From Alphaproteobacteria bacterium UBA1908 (GTDB taxonomy: Bacteria; Pseudomonadota; Alphaproteobacteria; Caedimonadales; UBA1908), in contig DDGG01000003.1 of the NCBI GenBank assembly GCA_002337525.1, positions 5,450-69,449 on the forward strand: DNA of 64,000 nt, in the 5' to 3' direction. The notes beneath the pieces were generated by a model. That model had not been told where the DNA came from and ran no database searches. It worked only from the letters and a program-made list of their open reading frames with translations. The translations under genes and the position numbers were made by a program. Below, one piece after another: positions 49,142 through 58,042 of this stretch. Each line of letters begins with the position of its first letter. Positions within the stretch are counted from its first letter, which is position 1.

Positions 49142-49929
49142 GCTTTATCTTTGTAGTGTCCATTATATTTTCCCTGGGCCGTGACACAGGATCCTTTGGG
49201 AACATTTTTGCCATCGCGAGCCCTGATTTTTCCCTCTTTTGGGAGGCCACTATCAGCTTTTTCATCGAGGCTCATGGCCTGAAGAGGGGTTAATCCTGAG
49301 GTTCCCTGGGCCTCTCCCAGGACAAACCAGTGATGTCCTTCTCCAAAAACATTGTGTTGTACTGTGAATCCGCCTCCGATTTTGGCTTTTGGGGCTCCCT
49401 GACCGAAGTGTGCCTGTCCGCTGGAAGGTGGTTTCCCGGGAGATGAAATAAGGTTAGCAGCTGCAAGATGAGACCAGAAAGAGAGGGCTTCCTGCCCTCG
49501 GCCACCAGAGGCCAGCCCCGGGCCTTCGATAACGCCATTCCCATTTCCATTTTGTAGAGAAGAATGGATGTAGTCAGAAGCCCTATCATAATCACCGGGC
49601 AGGGCGTTATAACGATCCTCAAAAAGAGTCACCGCCATCTTATAGCTGTTGGCCTGGGTTAAAACAGATTTAAGACGGGCACTTTCCAGCAGATCTTGTC
49701 CCTTTAGGATGCCTCCAATAATCAGGCCCATAATTAAAAGGGCAATGGACAGTTCAACGAGGCTAAAGCCTGCTTCATCACTAATAAAATCTGGTGAAAG
49801 CTGACGAGGATTAAAGACTCTTTTCAGGAGTGATGTAGATTCCAGGGGCCTATGGATGCTGTCTTGTGAATTTTTCTTGGAGAAGAAAAAACTTTTACGG
49901 ATCCTGAGGGAGATGGTCTTTAAAAACAT
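49117..49929 (-). CDS. Prepilin-type pilin/pseudopilin with a C-terminal Cys pair
   Basis: 270 aa. Cleavage motif EAG/FSLVELSIALLIMGLIIGGIL, but only after about 53 residues from the sole ATG. C-terminal C-x16-C resembles a type IVa pilin D-region. Confidence 0.75.
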   Translation of the reverse strand: MFLKTISLRIRKSFFFSKKNSQDSIHRPLESTSLLKRVFNPRQLSPDFISDEAGFSLVELSIALLIMGLIIGGILKGQDLLESARLKSVLTQANSYKMAVTLFEDRYNALPGDYDRASDYIHSSLQNGNGNGVIEGPGLASGGRGQEALSFWSHLAAANLISSPGKPPSSGQAHFGQGAPKAKIGGGFTVQHNVFGEGHHWFVLGEAQGTSGLTPLQAMSLDEKADSGLPKEGKIRARDGKNVPKGSCVTAQGKYNGHYKDKACVLYFQF

Positions 49930-50490
49930 ATGTGTCCGGAAAGAATGAATACCGCCAGGATTATTGACAAAGAAACCAAAAATCTCAAGCCCTTAAAAAT
50001 AAATATTTAAAAAGGAGGGATAGGTAAGAATGTTTTTTTCAGACTTTATCTTTATTACCTTATTTGATCGTTAAAACAATATGTAAGACATGATATTTAC
50101 TGTGGCCAACATAAGGCGTGTAATAAGGAAAAAATCTTATTTTTTAAGTTGTTTTTGACTGTATAGGGTCGTGGAAATGAATGAATTGGCTGTCTCTCTT
50201 GGACGTTATTCGAACCACGAAAAATTACTTCATAGCAATAAGTGAAAATCATGGAAAGCATTACTATAAAAGAGATACAAAGCTTTATAGAGACTAAAAA
50301 TCAAGTACCACTGGTGTTGGAATCACCCCTCAATACTGGAGCTGGAAACACCTTAAAATTACTTGGTTTGAATCCTCGCTTGGGATTCGAATTGATATGA
50401 ATTTTGAATGCACAATCTTCTACATTTTTTACATACATAGTGAGGTGTAGAGATATAGTTTTATATTAAAAAATATGTTATTGGTATTAC

Positions 50491-52323
50491 ATGTCAGAAA
50501 AAATTACAGAAAACAGCTCAAGTTCAGATCAGGTAACTATTGATACTTTCTTGGAAAGAATTTCTGATTTTGTCACAACCGTTTATTTTAAGTTTAAAAG
50601 CTTGTTTGATTTCCCGAACCAAGAAGAGTGTGCTTATCAAATTTTAAATCTATGCTTTTATACTCCAACAGATAAAGCAACGGCTAGTATCTTTGGGTTT
50701 GCCGAGTTTATAGCAGCATTAGCATTGCTGGTGGTCGTCTACACCATTACGGATGTACGATATAAATTCAGAATACGCACTGCACGGTTGCCACTTCTAA
50801 AAATGGCTTTTTTCGTAATTAGTATTGTTGGCTTTGGCTCACTTATTACCGACTTCTGGATGGCTTCAAACTGTCCGGTACTCGACTCCTTCATTACATA
50901 TAGCGGTCTACAATTCTCTTATGGCTTTCTATTTTTATCTATGGTTTTGCTATGGTTGTTTTTTGCATTCATGCGCCCACCGAAGTTTAACAAAAGCAAT
51001 GCCAAAAAATATTTGCATGAGCTGTATCGCTATATCCTGCAAGGGTCAGAAACAGAGTTGCCAGTAATTGCTCATGAGTTAGGACGCTCTGCAAGAGAAA
51101 TTATAAACCTATCAGAAGAGTCTCCTTCAAGGAGGTTTCCAAAGGCCGACAACATATTTACTAAATTTTTCAAATCAGAGGACAAGACCGGACAATACGC
51201 CTACGAAATACTATTAATGATCGGCACAAGACGTTTATGCCGATATATGGCTGCTGTTGCGCCAGCGACTGTTATAGAATTTTTCTTGGAGTTCTCTGAA
51301 AATATCAAAACCAAAAGTTTGCCTATTGGGCAATTCGTGAGGAATATTTCTACGGAAGCCATTCTGAATAAAGATAGCGTCTTATATCATGAAGATGAAG
51401 GGTACAACTCTGGCTGGTTCGGATATGTACGCCCGTTTAGTAAAGCTGTGTACGGCGACTACGACTTGATAGAAATTCTTTCACAAGACCACTCGTCACC
51501 TTTGGATTTAGATTACAAAGCACTAGCGGGCTTGGATCCAGAACAATTCGAAGCATACACCCGCGTCACACTGATTACATTTGAAGAATATATAAAAAAG
51601 TACCCTGATGGCTTAACCAATTCCTATGCGCTAAACCAAGCATTTTCAAATATCAAAAGCGCCACTTTAAGCATCTACCAAATAAACAACATAACTGACT
51701 GGCACAATACAGATGTATATCGAAAATTCAGAACATCAGTAGACTTCATACGCGATGTAATACGTCTCCTGAACAAACACGGGCAACCTCGATTGGATAT
51801 CCTGAAAAGCACTGAAAATTACAAAAGAGGTGATATGTATGGTCATGTTGCCAATTTAATGTTTGAAATAATTTCAGCAGCTTCAAGGGTTAATAAAAAC
51901 CGAGATACATGTTGGGAAATTCATCATAATTCCGTTTGGACTGACTTTTTTAACTATGGAGAAAACAAGGATCCTCGAAAACTTGTGTTATTTAGGCTGC
52001 GACGTGCGCTCTATGATGAAATTTGTCGATTATCTGAATTGCCAAATTATAAATCAGCTAGGATCTTGGCTATATGCCTGAACGTAATGGGTCCGGTTAT
52101 TCCGAAAAAGGGAATCTTTATGTATAGCGAACAAAGGGCTTTGCATAAGGCTATGATTGGATGGTTAAAAAACAACTATTTAGACTTGATTGATAAGCAG
52201 CCTGATGTAGCCAATGCATGTATCATTGGTAGCATTTCCTATGATGAAGATAAAAAACAAATCATCAAGAGTTACATCAAAGGTTTAAGGCTTGAAGAAT
52301 CGAAAGAATACCTGTCACTTTGA
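50491..52323 (+). CDS. Hypothetical membrane-anchored protein (three N-terminal TMs plus about 440 aa helical cytoplasmic domain)
   Basis: 610 aa with no motif recognised. TMs at about residues 65-160. Lies in the tRNA-Gln-adjacent islet. Confidence 0.65.
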   Translation: MSEKITENSSSSDQVTIDTFLERISDFVTTVYFKFKSLFDFPNQEECAYQILNLCFYTPTDKATASIFGFAEFIAALALLVVVYTITDVRYKFRIRTARLPLLKMAFFVISIVGFGSLITDFWMASNCPVLDSFITYSGLQFSYGFLFLSMVLLWLFFAFMRPPKFNKSNAKKYLHELYRYILQGSETELPVIAHELGRSAREIINLSEESPSRRFPKADNIFTKFFKSEDKTGQYAYEILLMIGTRRLCRYMAAVAPATVIEFFLEFSENIKTKSLPIGQFVRNISTEAILNKDSVLYHEDEGYNSGWFGYVRPFSKAVYGDYDLIEILSQDHSSPLDLDYKALAGLDPEQFEAYTRVTLITFEEYIKKYPDGLTNSYALNQAFSNIKSATLSIYQINNITDWHNTDVYRKFRTSVDFIRDVIRLLNKHGQPRLDILKSTENYKRGDMYGHVANLMFEIISAASRVNKNRDTCWEIHHNSVWTDFFNYGENKDPRKLVLFRLRRALYDEICRLSELPNYKSARILAICLNVMGPVIPKKGIFMYSEQRALHKAMIGWLKNNYLDLIDKQPDVANACIIGSISYDEDKKQIIKSYIKGLRLEESKEYLSL

Positions 52324-52337
52324 TAAAAACTCTATCC

Positions 52338-52372
52338 TTTGATCTCCACTTAACAAACAAAAGGAGATCAAA
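52338..52372 (+). promoter_or_regulatory. Perfect 10-bp hairpin occluding the SD of the downstream gene
   Basis: TTTGATCTCC-13 nt-GGAGATCAAA. The right arm contains GGAG and ends 1 nt before the ATG at 52373. Confidence 0.6.
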
Positions 52373-53029
52373 ATGGAAAATAAACAAAACCAATCTACTA
52401 AATGGACTAAAAACAAAGTTACGAACGCTTTTGAAAAGAGCATTCGGACATTGAGGCTTTTGCCATACGCAAAAGTAAGGGGTTATTTCAATACTTGGCC
52501 TGATATCATTTATTCCGAATTAGAAGTATTGCAGCAGGAACATAAACCAAGAAAGCTGCGTGCTAAGGCTGAAGATATTTTAGAGCTGGAAGCCGTTTTG
52601 GAATGGATTGTATGGCTCGAAGAGAATGAGCGTAAACTCGTTTGGGCAAGAGCAAGAAGAAAGCCTTGGAAAGTCATATGCCGTGAATTTGGCTGTGGAC
52701 GTACAAAGGCTTGGCAAGACTGGAGCTATGCTATCGAAAAGATCGTGCATCAGCTTAATAAAGGGGAATCCACGAAAGAACGTCATGAAGACTTAATGAA
52801 GGCTGATATTCGTACCAAACAAAGATTTGTGAACAATATTACGTCACCTGGATTTTCTAACCAGCTAGGGCGGGCTTTCGAGGGACTTGGATATTCGCCG
52901 GAAGAAGGTCAAGAGGCTGCCGCGAACATTATCGCGTTCGGAAAATACATCATGGAGACTAAAATTGAGGAAGAAAAATCGAAATACCCTAACAGGACTC
53001 GAACCAAGCAAGCCACTGATAATAAATAG
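52373..53029 (+). CDS. DUF6362-like phage/mobile-element-associated protein (putative HTH)
   Basis: 218 aa. WT...FE..IRTLRLLP...GY..TWPDII ... LEWIVWLEENERKLVWARARRKPWKVICREFGCGRTKAWQDWSYAIEKIVHQLN matches the DUF6362 pattern I recall from alphaproteobacterial prophages. Confidence 0.6.
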   Translation: MENKQNQSTKWTKNKVTNAFEKSIRTLRLLPYAKVRGYFNTWPDIIYSELEVLQQEHKPRKLRAKAEDILELEAVLEWIVWLEENERKLVWARARRKPWKVICREFGCGRTKAWQDWSYAIEKIVHQLNKGESTKERHEDLMKADIRTKQRFVNNITSPGFSNQLGRAFEGLGYSPEEGQEAAANIIAFGKYIMETKIEEEKSKYPNRTRTKQATDNK

Positions 53030-53114
53030 TTTTTAATATTTAACGGCAGCCATTAACGAATTTTTGAACCTGAAAAATGAGGCCTGATAAGGTGTTCAGA
53101 AGGTGGTGAAAAAT

Positions 53115-53189
53115 TGGCTGGGGCGGCAGGATTCGAACCTGCGCATGGCGACACCAAAAACCGCTGCCTTACCGCTTGGCTACGCCCCA
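53115..53189 (-). tRNA. tRNA-Gln (anticodon UUG)
   Basis: I folded the 75-nt sequence by hand. Acceptor TGGGGCG/CGCCCCA, T-arm GCAGG-TTCGAAT-CCTGC, anticodon loop TTTTGGT (UUG), encoded CCA. Strong resemblance to E. coli tRNA-Gln. Confidence 0.92.
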
Positions 53190-53291
53190 AAACCAGAATT
53201 AAAATAAACATATTCTTTGGATAGACGCAAGAAAACTCTTTCGCCGAGGTGATTTTTTTTAGAAAAGGAGAAGTCTCCTTAAAATCAGTCC

Positions 53292-54212
53292 TTAATTTCC
53301 CGCGCTTTGAGGAAAGACACTATAATAATAAGATTTGCCTTTGATCAAAACTTTTGAAGCTTTCACAAGATCTTTTTGTGCATTTTCTAAGGGTCTTGAA
53401 AAAGCCCCCTTTTCATAGCGAACAATTTGATGAGAGAAATCTGACAGCTTTTCCCGTATCGGGGAGGTATAAATTTCTGAAGCATCCTCCAGTTCCTCCT
53501 GACTGGAGATATGGAAAATTTCCTTGCCTCGTTTAGAGACAAGAAGATAACTTCCCATGCCATCAATTGCGTAGAATTCCTGGATTTTATGATCTGCAAT
53601 ATATCGGTCAAAGAAAGTTTTGAAATCTTCCTCTTCCAATAAAGATTGCATGCCACGTAAAGAACTTCCAGCAATCTTTTCCGAAAGACCCAGGAAGAAA
53701 CGGTCAATATTACGGATGATTTCTGACTTTAAATGCTCGTCAAAATCTCGCAGGTGTTTTTTCAGGAATCCATGAATTTGGCCTTTATTGAAGGCTTCGA
53801 TGGCCAAAGTTTCATCTGCGGCATTTGTGATCAGGAGTTTTTGGACAAAACCATCTTGAATGTTTTCAAAAAGGGTTAATCCGTCTAAAGGTCCCAAATA
53901 ATAGTCCGAAACAATGATAGGGTATAAATTATCAAGAGTTTTCTTAAGTCGTTTGAACTGATTCAGATGAATTTCAGACGTAAAAACGCCTGCCTCGGGC
54001 TCATCGCCATAGAAAAGAGTTTCGACCGCTTGATCTACCCCCCCTAAAGAGTCTAACTTTTTGGCAATTGGGGGTGTTGTTTCAAATTTAAAAGAAGCTT
54101 CATCTTTCATGAGTTCACATAGTGCATGACTGAAATCAGGGTCATCTTCAACAAGTAAAACGCGAATAGGATATTTGATTAACGGAACTTTAAGCATTTT
54201 CTTGTCTCCCAC
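53292..54212 (-). CDS. Response regulator with an atypical receiver (long insertion) and an uncharacterised C-terminal output domain
   Basis: 306 aa. Receiver elements RVLLVEDDP, VSDYYLGPLDG and LLITNAADE...AFNKG..GFLKK. About 150 aa of the C-terminus has no recognised DNA-binding motif. Overlaps the kinase gene end. Confidence 0.7.
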   Translation of the reverse strand: MGDKKMLKVPLIKYPIRVLLVEDDPDFSHALCELMKDEASFKFETTPPIAKKLDSLGGVDQAVETLFYGDEPEAGVFTSEIHLNQFKRLKKTLDNLYPIIVSDYYLGPLDGLTLFENIQDGFVQKLLITNAADETLAIEAFNKGQIHGFLKKHLRDFDEHLKSEIIRNIDRFFLGLSEKIAGSSLRGMQSLLEEEDFKTFFDRYIADHKIQEFYAIDGMGSYLLVSKRGKEIFHISSQEELEDASEIYTSPIREKLSDFSHQIVRYEKGAFSRPLENAQKDLVKASKVLIKGKSYYYSVFPQSAGN

Positions 54213-56823
54213 AGTTAACTATCATTTCTGTAAAATGTCCTTCCTTTGTGAGGGCCACAATTGTCATGCCCATTTTGACCAGAACTTTTTTTACAAAAAA
54301 TAGTCCCAGGCCCGTTCCCCCTTTACGTGTAGAAAAGAACTCCTTAAACAAAAGGTTTTTCCTTTGCTGGGACATTCCTTCACCTGTGTCTTTAACAGAA
54401 AGAAAAATAGCGCCCTTATCTACATAGGTACGGATAAAGATATCTCCTTTTTGAGCACGCTCCAAACTTTCTGTTGCATTTTTGATAAGGTTTAAAATGA
54501 CATGCACAAAAAGATGCTCATCAACCTTAACAGGAAGAGGTCCTTGCGCAAGGTCTAATTTTATTCTGTTCGTATTGAACTTTTGATAAGGATACAAAGA
54601 GAGCGTCTTTTTAATAAGATCATTAAGATCGCAAGTTTGAATGAGAATCTTCTTTTGATGGCTAATCTTGGCCAGGAGATTATCAATGATAGCCTGAGCG
54701 TTGGTAACAACCCGTTCAATTGTTTCCAGGCTTTTATCAAGGTCTTCTGGATCTTTTCTGATAATTTTACAATTCATTTCAATTGATGCGAGAGGCGCTC
54801 TGATCTCGTGGGCAATTGTGCCTCCCATAAATTTCATTGTACGCAGCTTTTCTTCATAAATGAGCTCACGACGGCGAGAAAAAATAAAACCGAAGACCAA
54901 CGCAAAGGAATAAACGTAAATGAGGGGAAGTAGTATTTTTTTCGACTTTTCAAAGAGTTCCGTAAAGTCACCCCATATGAAAAAGAGCACGCTTGCAAGT
55001 ACAAAGCCTATTCCAAGCAGAAGAAGAAACTTTTTTGAGTCAACAAGAATCGATAAAAAGAGAGTAGAAATCAGAAAATGAACCATCCAAAACCAGTGAA
55101 ATTCATTTAAAAAAAGAAGATAGCTTGATAAAAAGGGTAGACAATAAGCCAGAACAACATACCAGTAAGCCAAAAACCCGACACTGTTATTATGTCGCAG
55201 TTTATCCAGAAAAAGAAGGCTGAAAAAAAGCAAGGCTGCTATCATTTTCAGGAGCAGGGCATGGGGATAGATTTGGTAAACCTCAGGCCAGAAGAAATAA
55301 GGAAAAATATAATTTATCAGAGCATAAAAACCAAAAAGGAAATAGGGGGGGGTATCATTATCAGAGAAAAATGTTTCTGAAATTTTTGAAGATAAGGACA
55401 TTTTATTTAAGAACCTTGGTTTTTTTAAAAGATGAAATTTTGACCCTAAGGACTTTTTCATAATAAAGTGAATGGTAAAAAAAGTTAAGGCATTCATTCC
55501 CATACTTGGTAAAAGGCTATCAAGTCCAAGGATTTTCTCAAGATCAAACACTATCCAAAATACAAAAACAGATACTCCTGCAAAGGCACTTCCCAGAAAA
55601 GCATACTTATTTGTGCGCAGACCAAAAAGTGTTGCAAACAAGGGAATAACAACGATGGGTCCCCAAACATTGAGAAAGCTCAAAATAAGATCCATGATGC
55701 TTTTTAACTGAAGAGCTGCAAAGATAGAGAAAATACCAATTAAAAGGGTACTGATTTTTGTGATCAGTAACTCTTTTTCCTGAATAATTTTACTCTGTGA
55801 TAAAGGTTTAAGAAAGTCATGAACAAAAGTGATGCCTGCCACGTTTAAGTAGGAATCTGCTGTTGACATAATAACAGCCAGTAAGCCTGCTACAACAAAG
55901 CCTTTAAAACCAAGGGGAAGGATTTGATCAATTAAAAAGGGGAAAATTGAATTAGGATCAATTTGGGGGGCTAGTGCCAAAGCAATAAAGGCGATAAGAG
56001 CAATGGTGAGGTAAAAAGGGACTTCTAGAAGGGCTGCCAGGTTCAGAGATGTCCGAATTTGGTCTCTGTCTTTTGCCATTAACATCCGCTGAACAACTGC
56101 TGGATCCAGAAAAGGAATACAGAAAATAAAAAACAACATTGTATAGCTTGAGTATGAAATAGTTTCGGGGCTAAGATCCAGTTTTGAGTCTGGAATATGC
56201 CTTAGTAACCCTTCATATCCCCCAAAATGTTGAAGTCCAAAACTGCAAATAGCAGGAATTGTAATCATTAAAGCAGCAAACTGAATAACGTCTGTCATCG
56301 TAACAGATCTAATACCACCAGATGTTGTATAGATAACGACTAATCCGCTTCCAATGATAACGCTCCATTGATAGGGGATTTCCAGAAAATAGCTTAATAA
56401 ATATCCAATGGCCCCAATTTGGGCACCAACATAACCAATGGAAAGAAGTGTTCCCGACAGTCCAGTAATCACTTTTCCAGACCATCCATAGTTTTTTTCC
56501 ATAATATCGCCAGCTGAGAAACAGTCTTCAAATTTTTCAAAATGGCGGGTTGCAACAAAAGATATTAAAAGGGCGTTAACAGGAAATGCCATAGAAATAA
56601 AGACGTATATCAACCCATCTGTGAAAACTTTTTCGGCAATTCCTATTGTGTTTTCTCCTCCGATAAAAGTTGCAACAAGGGTTGAAATCAGAAAAGGTCC
56701 TGCAAAGCTTCGGTCTGCAATTGCATAGTCTCTTATTGATTTAATTTTCTGGCCCTGATAAAGGCCTATAACAAGTGTTAGGATGAGGTACCCAATAATA
56801 ATGCCAACATCTACAGAACCCAT
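54190..56823 (-). CDS. Sodium:solute symporter (SSF/SLC5) domain fused to a histidine kinase (CbrA/CrbS-like architecture)
   Basis: 877 aa. The N-terminal roughly 480 aa is SSF-like polytopic, followed by extra TMs, an H-box (GGTIAHEIRAPLASI) and HATPase_c (DTGEGMS, GGTGLGLFFVKKV). Confidence 0.82.
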   Translation of the reverse strand: MGSVDVGIIIGYLILTLVIGLYQGQKIKSIRDYAIADRSFAGPFLISTLVATFIGGENTIGIAEKVFTDGLIYVFISMAFPVNALLISFVATRHFEKFEDCFSAGDIMEKNYGWSGKVITGLSGTLLSIGYVGAQIGAIGYLLSYFLEIPYQWSVIIGSGLVVIYTTSGGIRSVTMTDVIQFAALMITIPAICSFGLQHFGGYEGLLRHIPDSKLDLSPETISYSSYTMLFFIFCIPFLDPAVVQRMLMAKDRDQIRTSLNLAALLEVPFYLTIALIAFIALALAPQIDPNSIFPFLIDQILPLGFKGFVVAGLLAVIMSTADSYLNVAGITFVHDFLKPLSQSKIIQEKELLITKISTLLIGIFSIFAALQLKSIMDLILSFLNVWGPIVVIPLFATLFGLRTNKYAFLGSAFAGVSVFVFWIVFDLEKILGLDSLLPSMGMNALTFFTIHFIMKKSLGSKFHLLKKPRFLNKMSLSSKISETFFSDNDTPPYFLFGFYALINYIFPYFFWPEVYQIYPHALLLKMIAALLFFSLLFLDKLRHNNSVGFLAYWYVVLAYCLPFLSSYLLFLNEFHWFWMVHFLISTLFLSILVDSKKFLLLLGIGFVLASVLFFIWGDFTELFEKSKKILLPLIYVYSFALVFGFIFSRRRELIYEEKLRTMKFMGGTIAHEIRAPLASIEMNCKIIRKDPEDLDKSLETIERVVTNAQAIIDNLLAKISHQKKILIQTCDLNDLIKKTLSLYPYQKFNTNRIKLDLAQGPLPVKVDEHLFVHVILNLIKNATESLERAQKGDIFIRTYVDKGAIFLSVKDTGEGMSQQRKNLLFKEFFSTRKGGTGLGLFFVKKVLVKMGMTIVALTKEGHFTEMIVNCGRQENA

Positions 56824-57144
56824 TAAGTACTCCGCTTTCTTATTTTACGTTTTGGTTGGAAGTCTGTAAAAGCGATTCCAGATCAATCCAGATAAAGAGA
56901 CCTTGTCCTGATTGTTGCCTTTTTGTGTAAAATGTAAGCAACGGTACTAAGGTTCTGTAGGCTTTGATCTTTTTATTTGAACTGTTTTTTAAAGTTAAAA
57001 ACACGGATGCTTTTTGCTCTCCCTTGCAAAATTTTCTATTCTATTAAAATTTTATAAATGGATTCTACGTATAGTTAGGGTTAAAAATCAAGGCTAATGA
57101 CAATTAGGAATGTTGGTATAAAAAATAGAAAAGCTATTAAGGAA

Positions 57145-57192
57145 AGAAAAAAATCAAAAAAGAGAGGTTTTATAAAGACATAATGAACCTCT
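57145..57192 (-). terminator. Rho-independent terminator of the XRE-family gene
   Basis: Minus strand reads AGAGGTT-16 nt-AACCTCT followed by CTTTTTTGATTTTTTT, immediately after the stop codon. Confidence 0.7.
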
Positions 57193-57870
57193 TTATTCTT
57201 TTTGAGGGGAGGCTAAAGGAGAAACTTTTCTATGCCAGATGATGGGCGCAATTTTGTCAAGGTTAACATCGTATAAAATAGGGTACTTTAATGGGTCTTT
57301 CGATGATTGGGCAGAAAGTAGAATCACCAGGTTGGGATCTCCTGATTTTTTAACAAGAAAAGGTTGCCACTCTTCCTGATCCAGGATTTTTACCAGACAA
57401 AAATGATCAAAAAAACATTCTTTTCCTGAAAAATCATAAACTTCACCACCAACAAGATCTCCTTTTCTAAAAAAAGGAGCATTATTGTCTTCATTTATGG
57501 CGTATATAATTCTTTCAGGTCCTGCTTCAAGAAAGAAATTAGATTCATGTTCGACTGTTTTATCTTTAATATTTTGTGGATCATTTTGGGTGTTTGTTAT
57601 AAAGACGGGAAGTTCAGAACCATTTCCCCTTATCCATGATGCAGAAACAGAAAAACCTTCATTTTCGAGAGCTGCTGTAAATTTATCCATTAAGCGCTCT
57701 GAGATAGGACTAATATTTAACTCCCATGACCGTAGTGTTGATTCAGAGATTTGGTATTTATCAAAAAAAGCTTTTCTACTGAGGTTACACAGGCGTCTTA
57801 AATATTTTACTTTATCGCCTTGAGTTTCTAGCTTGTGAGAAATATGGTCTGAATCTATTCTGTTTTGCAT
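57193..57870 (-). CDS. XRE-family HTH regulator with a CI/LexA-like C-terminal domain lacking the obvious catalytic Ser
   Basis: 225 aa. HTH (LRRLCNLSRKAFFDKYQISESTLRSWE). The C-terminal GDLVGGEVY...CLVKIL...LVILLS...APIIW pattern resembles the S24 fold, but the GxSM site reads DNNAP. Confidence 0.65.
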   Translation of the reverse strand: MQNRIDSDHISHKLETQGDKVKYLRRLCNLSRKAFFDKYQISESTLRSWELNISPISERLMDKFTAALENEGFSVSASWIRGNGSELPVFITNTQNDPQNIKDKTVEHESNFFLEAGPERIIYAINEDNNAPFFRKGDLVGGEVYDFSGKECFFDHFCLVKILDQEEWQPFLVKKSGDPNLVILLSAQSSKDPLKYPILYDVNLDKIAPIIWHRKVSPLASPQKE

Positions 57871-58007
57871 AATTTACTTTAAAAATATCCATTATCATAA
57901 AAAATTAAAAAACAAATAAAATCAATAGCTTGCTTTTATTTTTGTTCTCTTAATATACGAATTGTACATTTTTTTATGAGAAAAATGACAAAAAAAATTA
58001 TTTTTGC

Positions 58008-58035
58008 TTTACATCTCCCTCAATTCCTGTATGAT
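58008..58035 (+). promoter_or_regulatory. Putative sigma70-type promoter of the candidate sRNA
   Basis: TTTACA-16 nt-TATGAT. Confidence 0.5.
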
Positions 58036-58042
58036 CATAATT

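Noticed and set aside
50251-50400. A 49-codon plus-strand ORF (MESITIKEIQSFIETKNQVPLV...) in the spacer left of the islet.
   Set aside because: It is below any reliable length, has no SD, and overlaps the tRNA-like 9-mer/hairpin sequences, which suggests non-coding remnant DNA.
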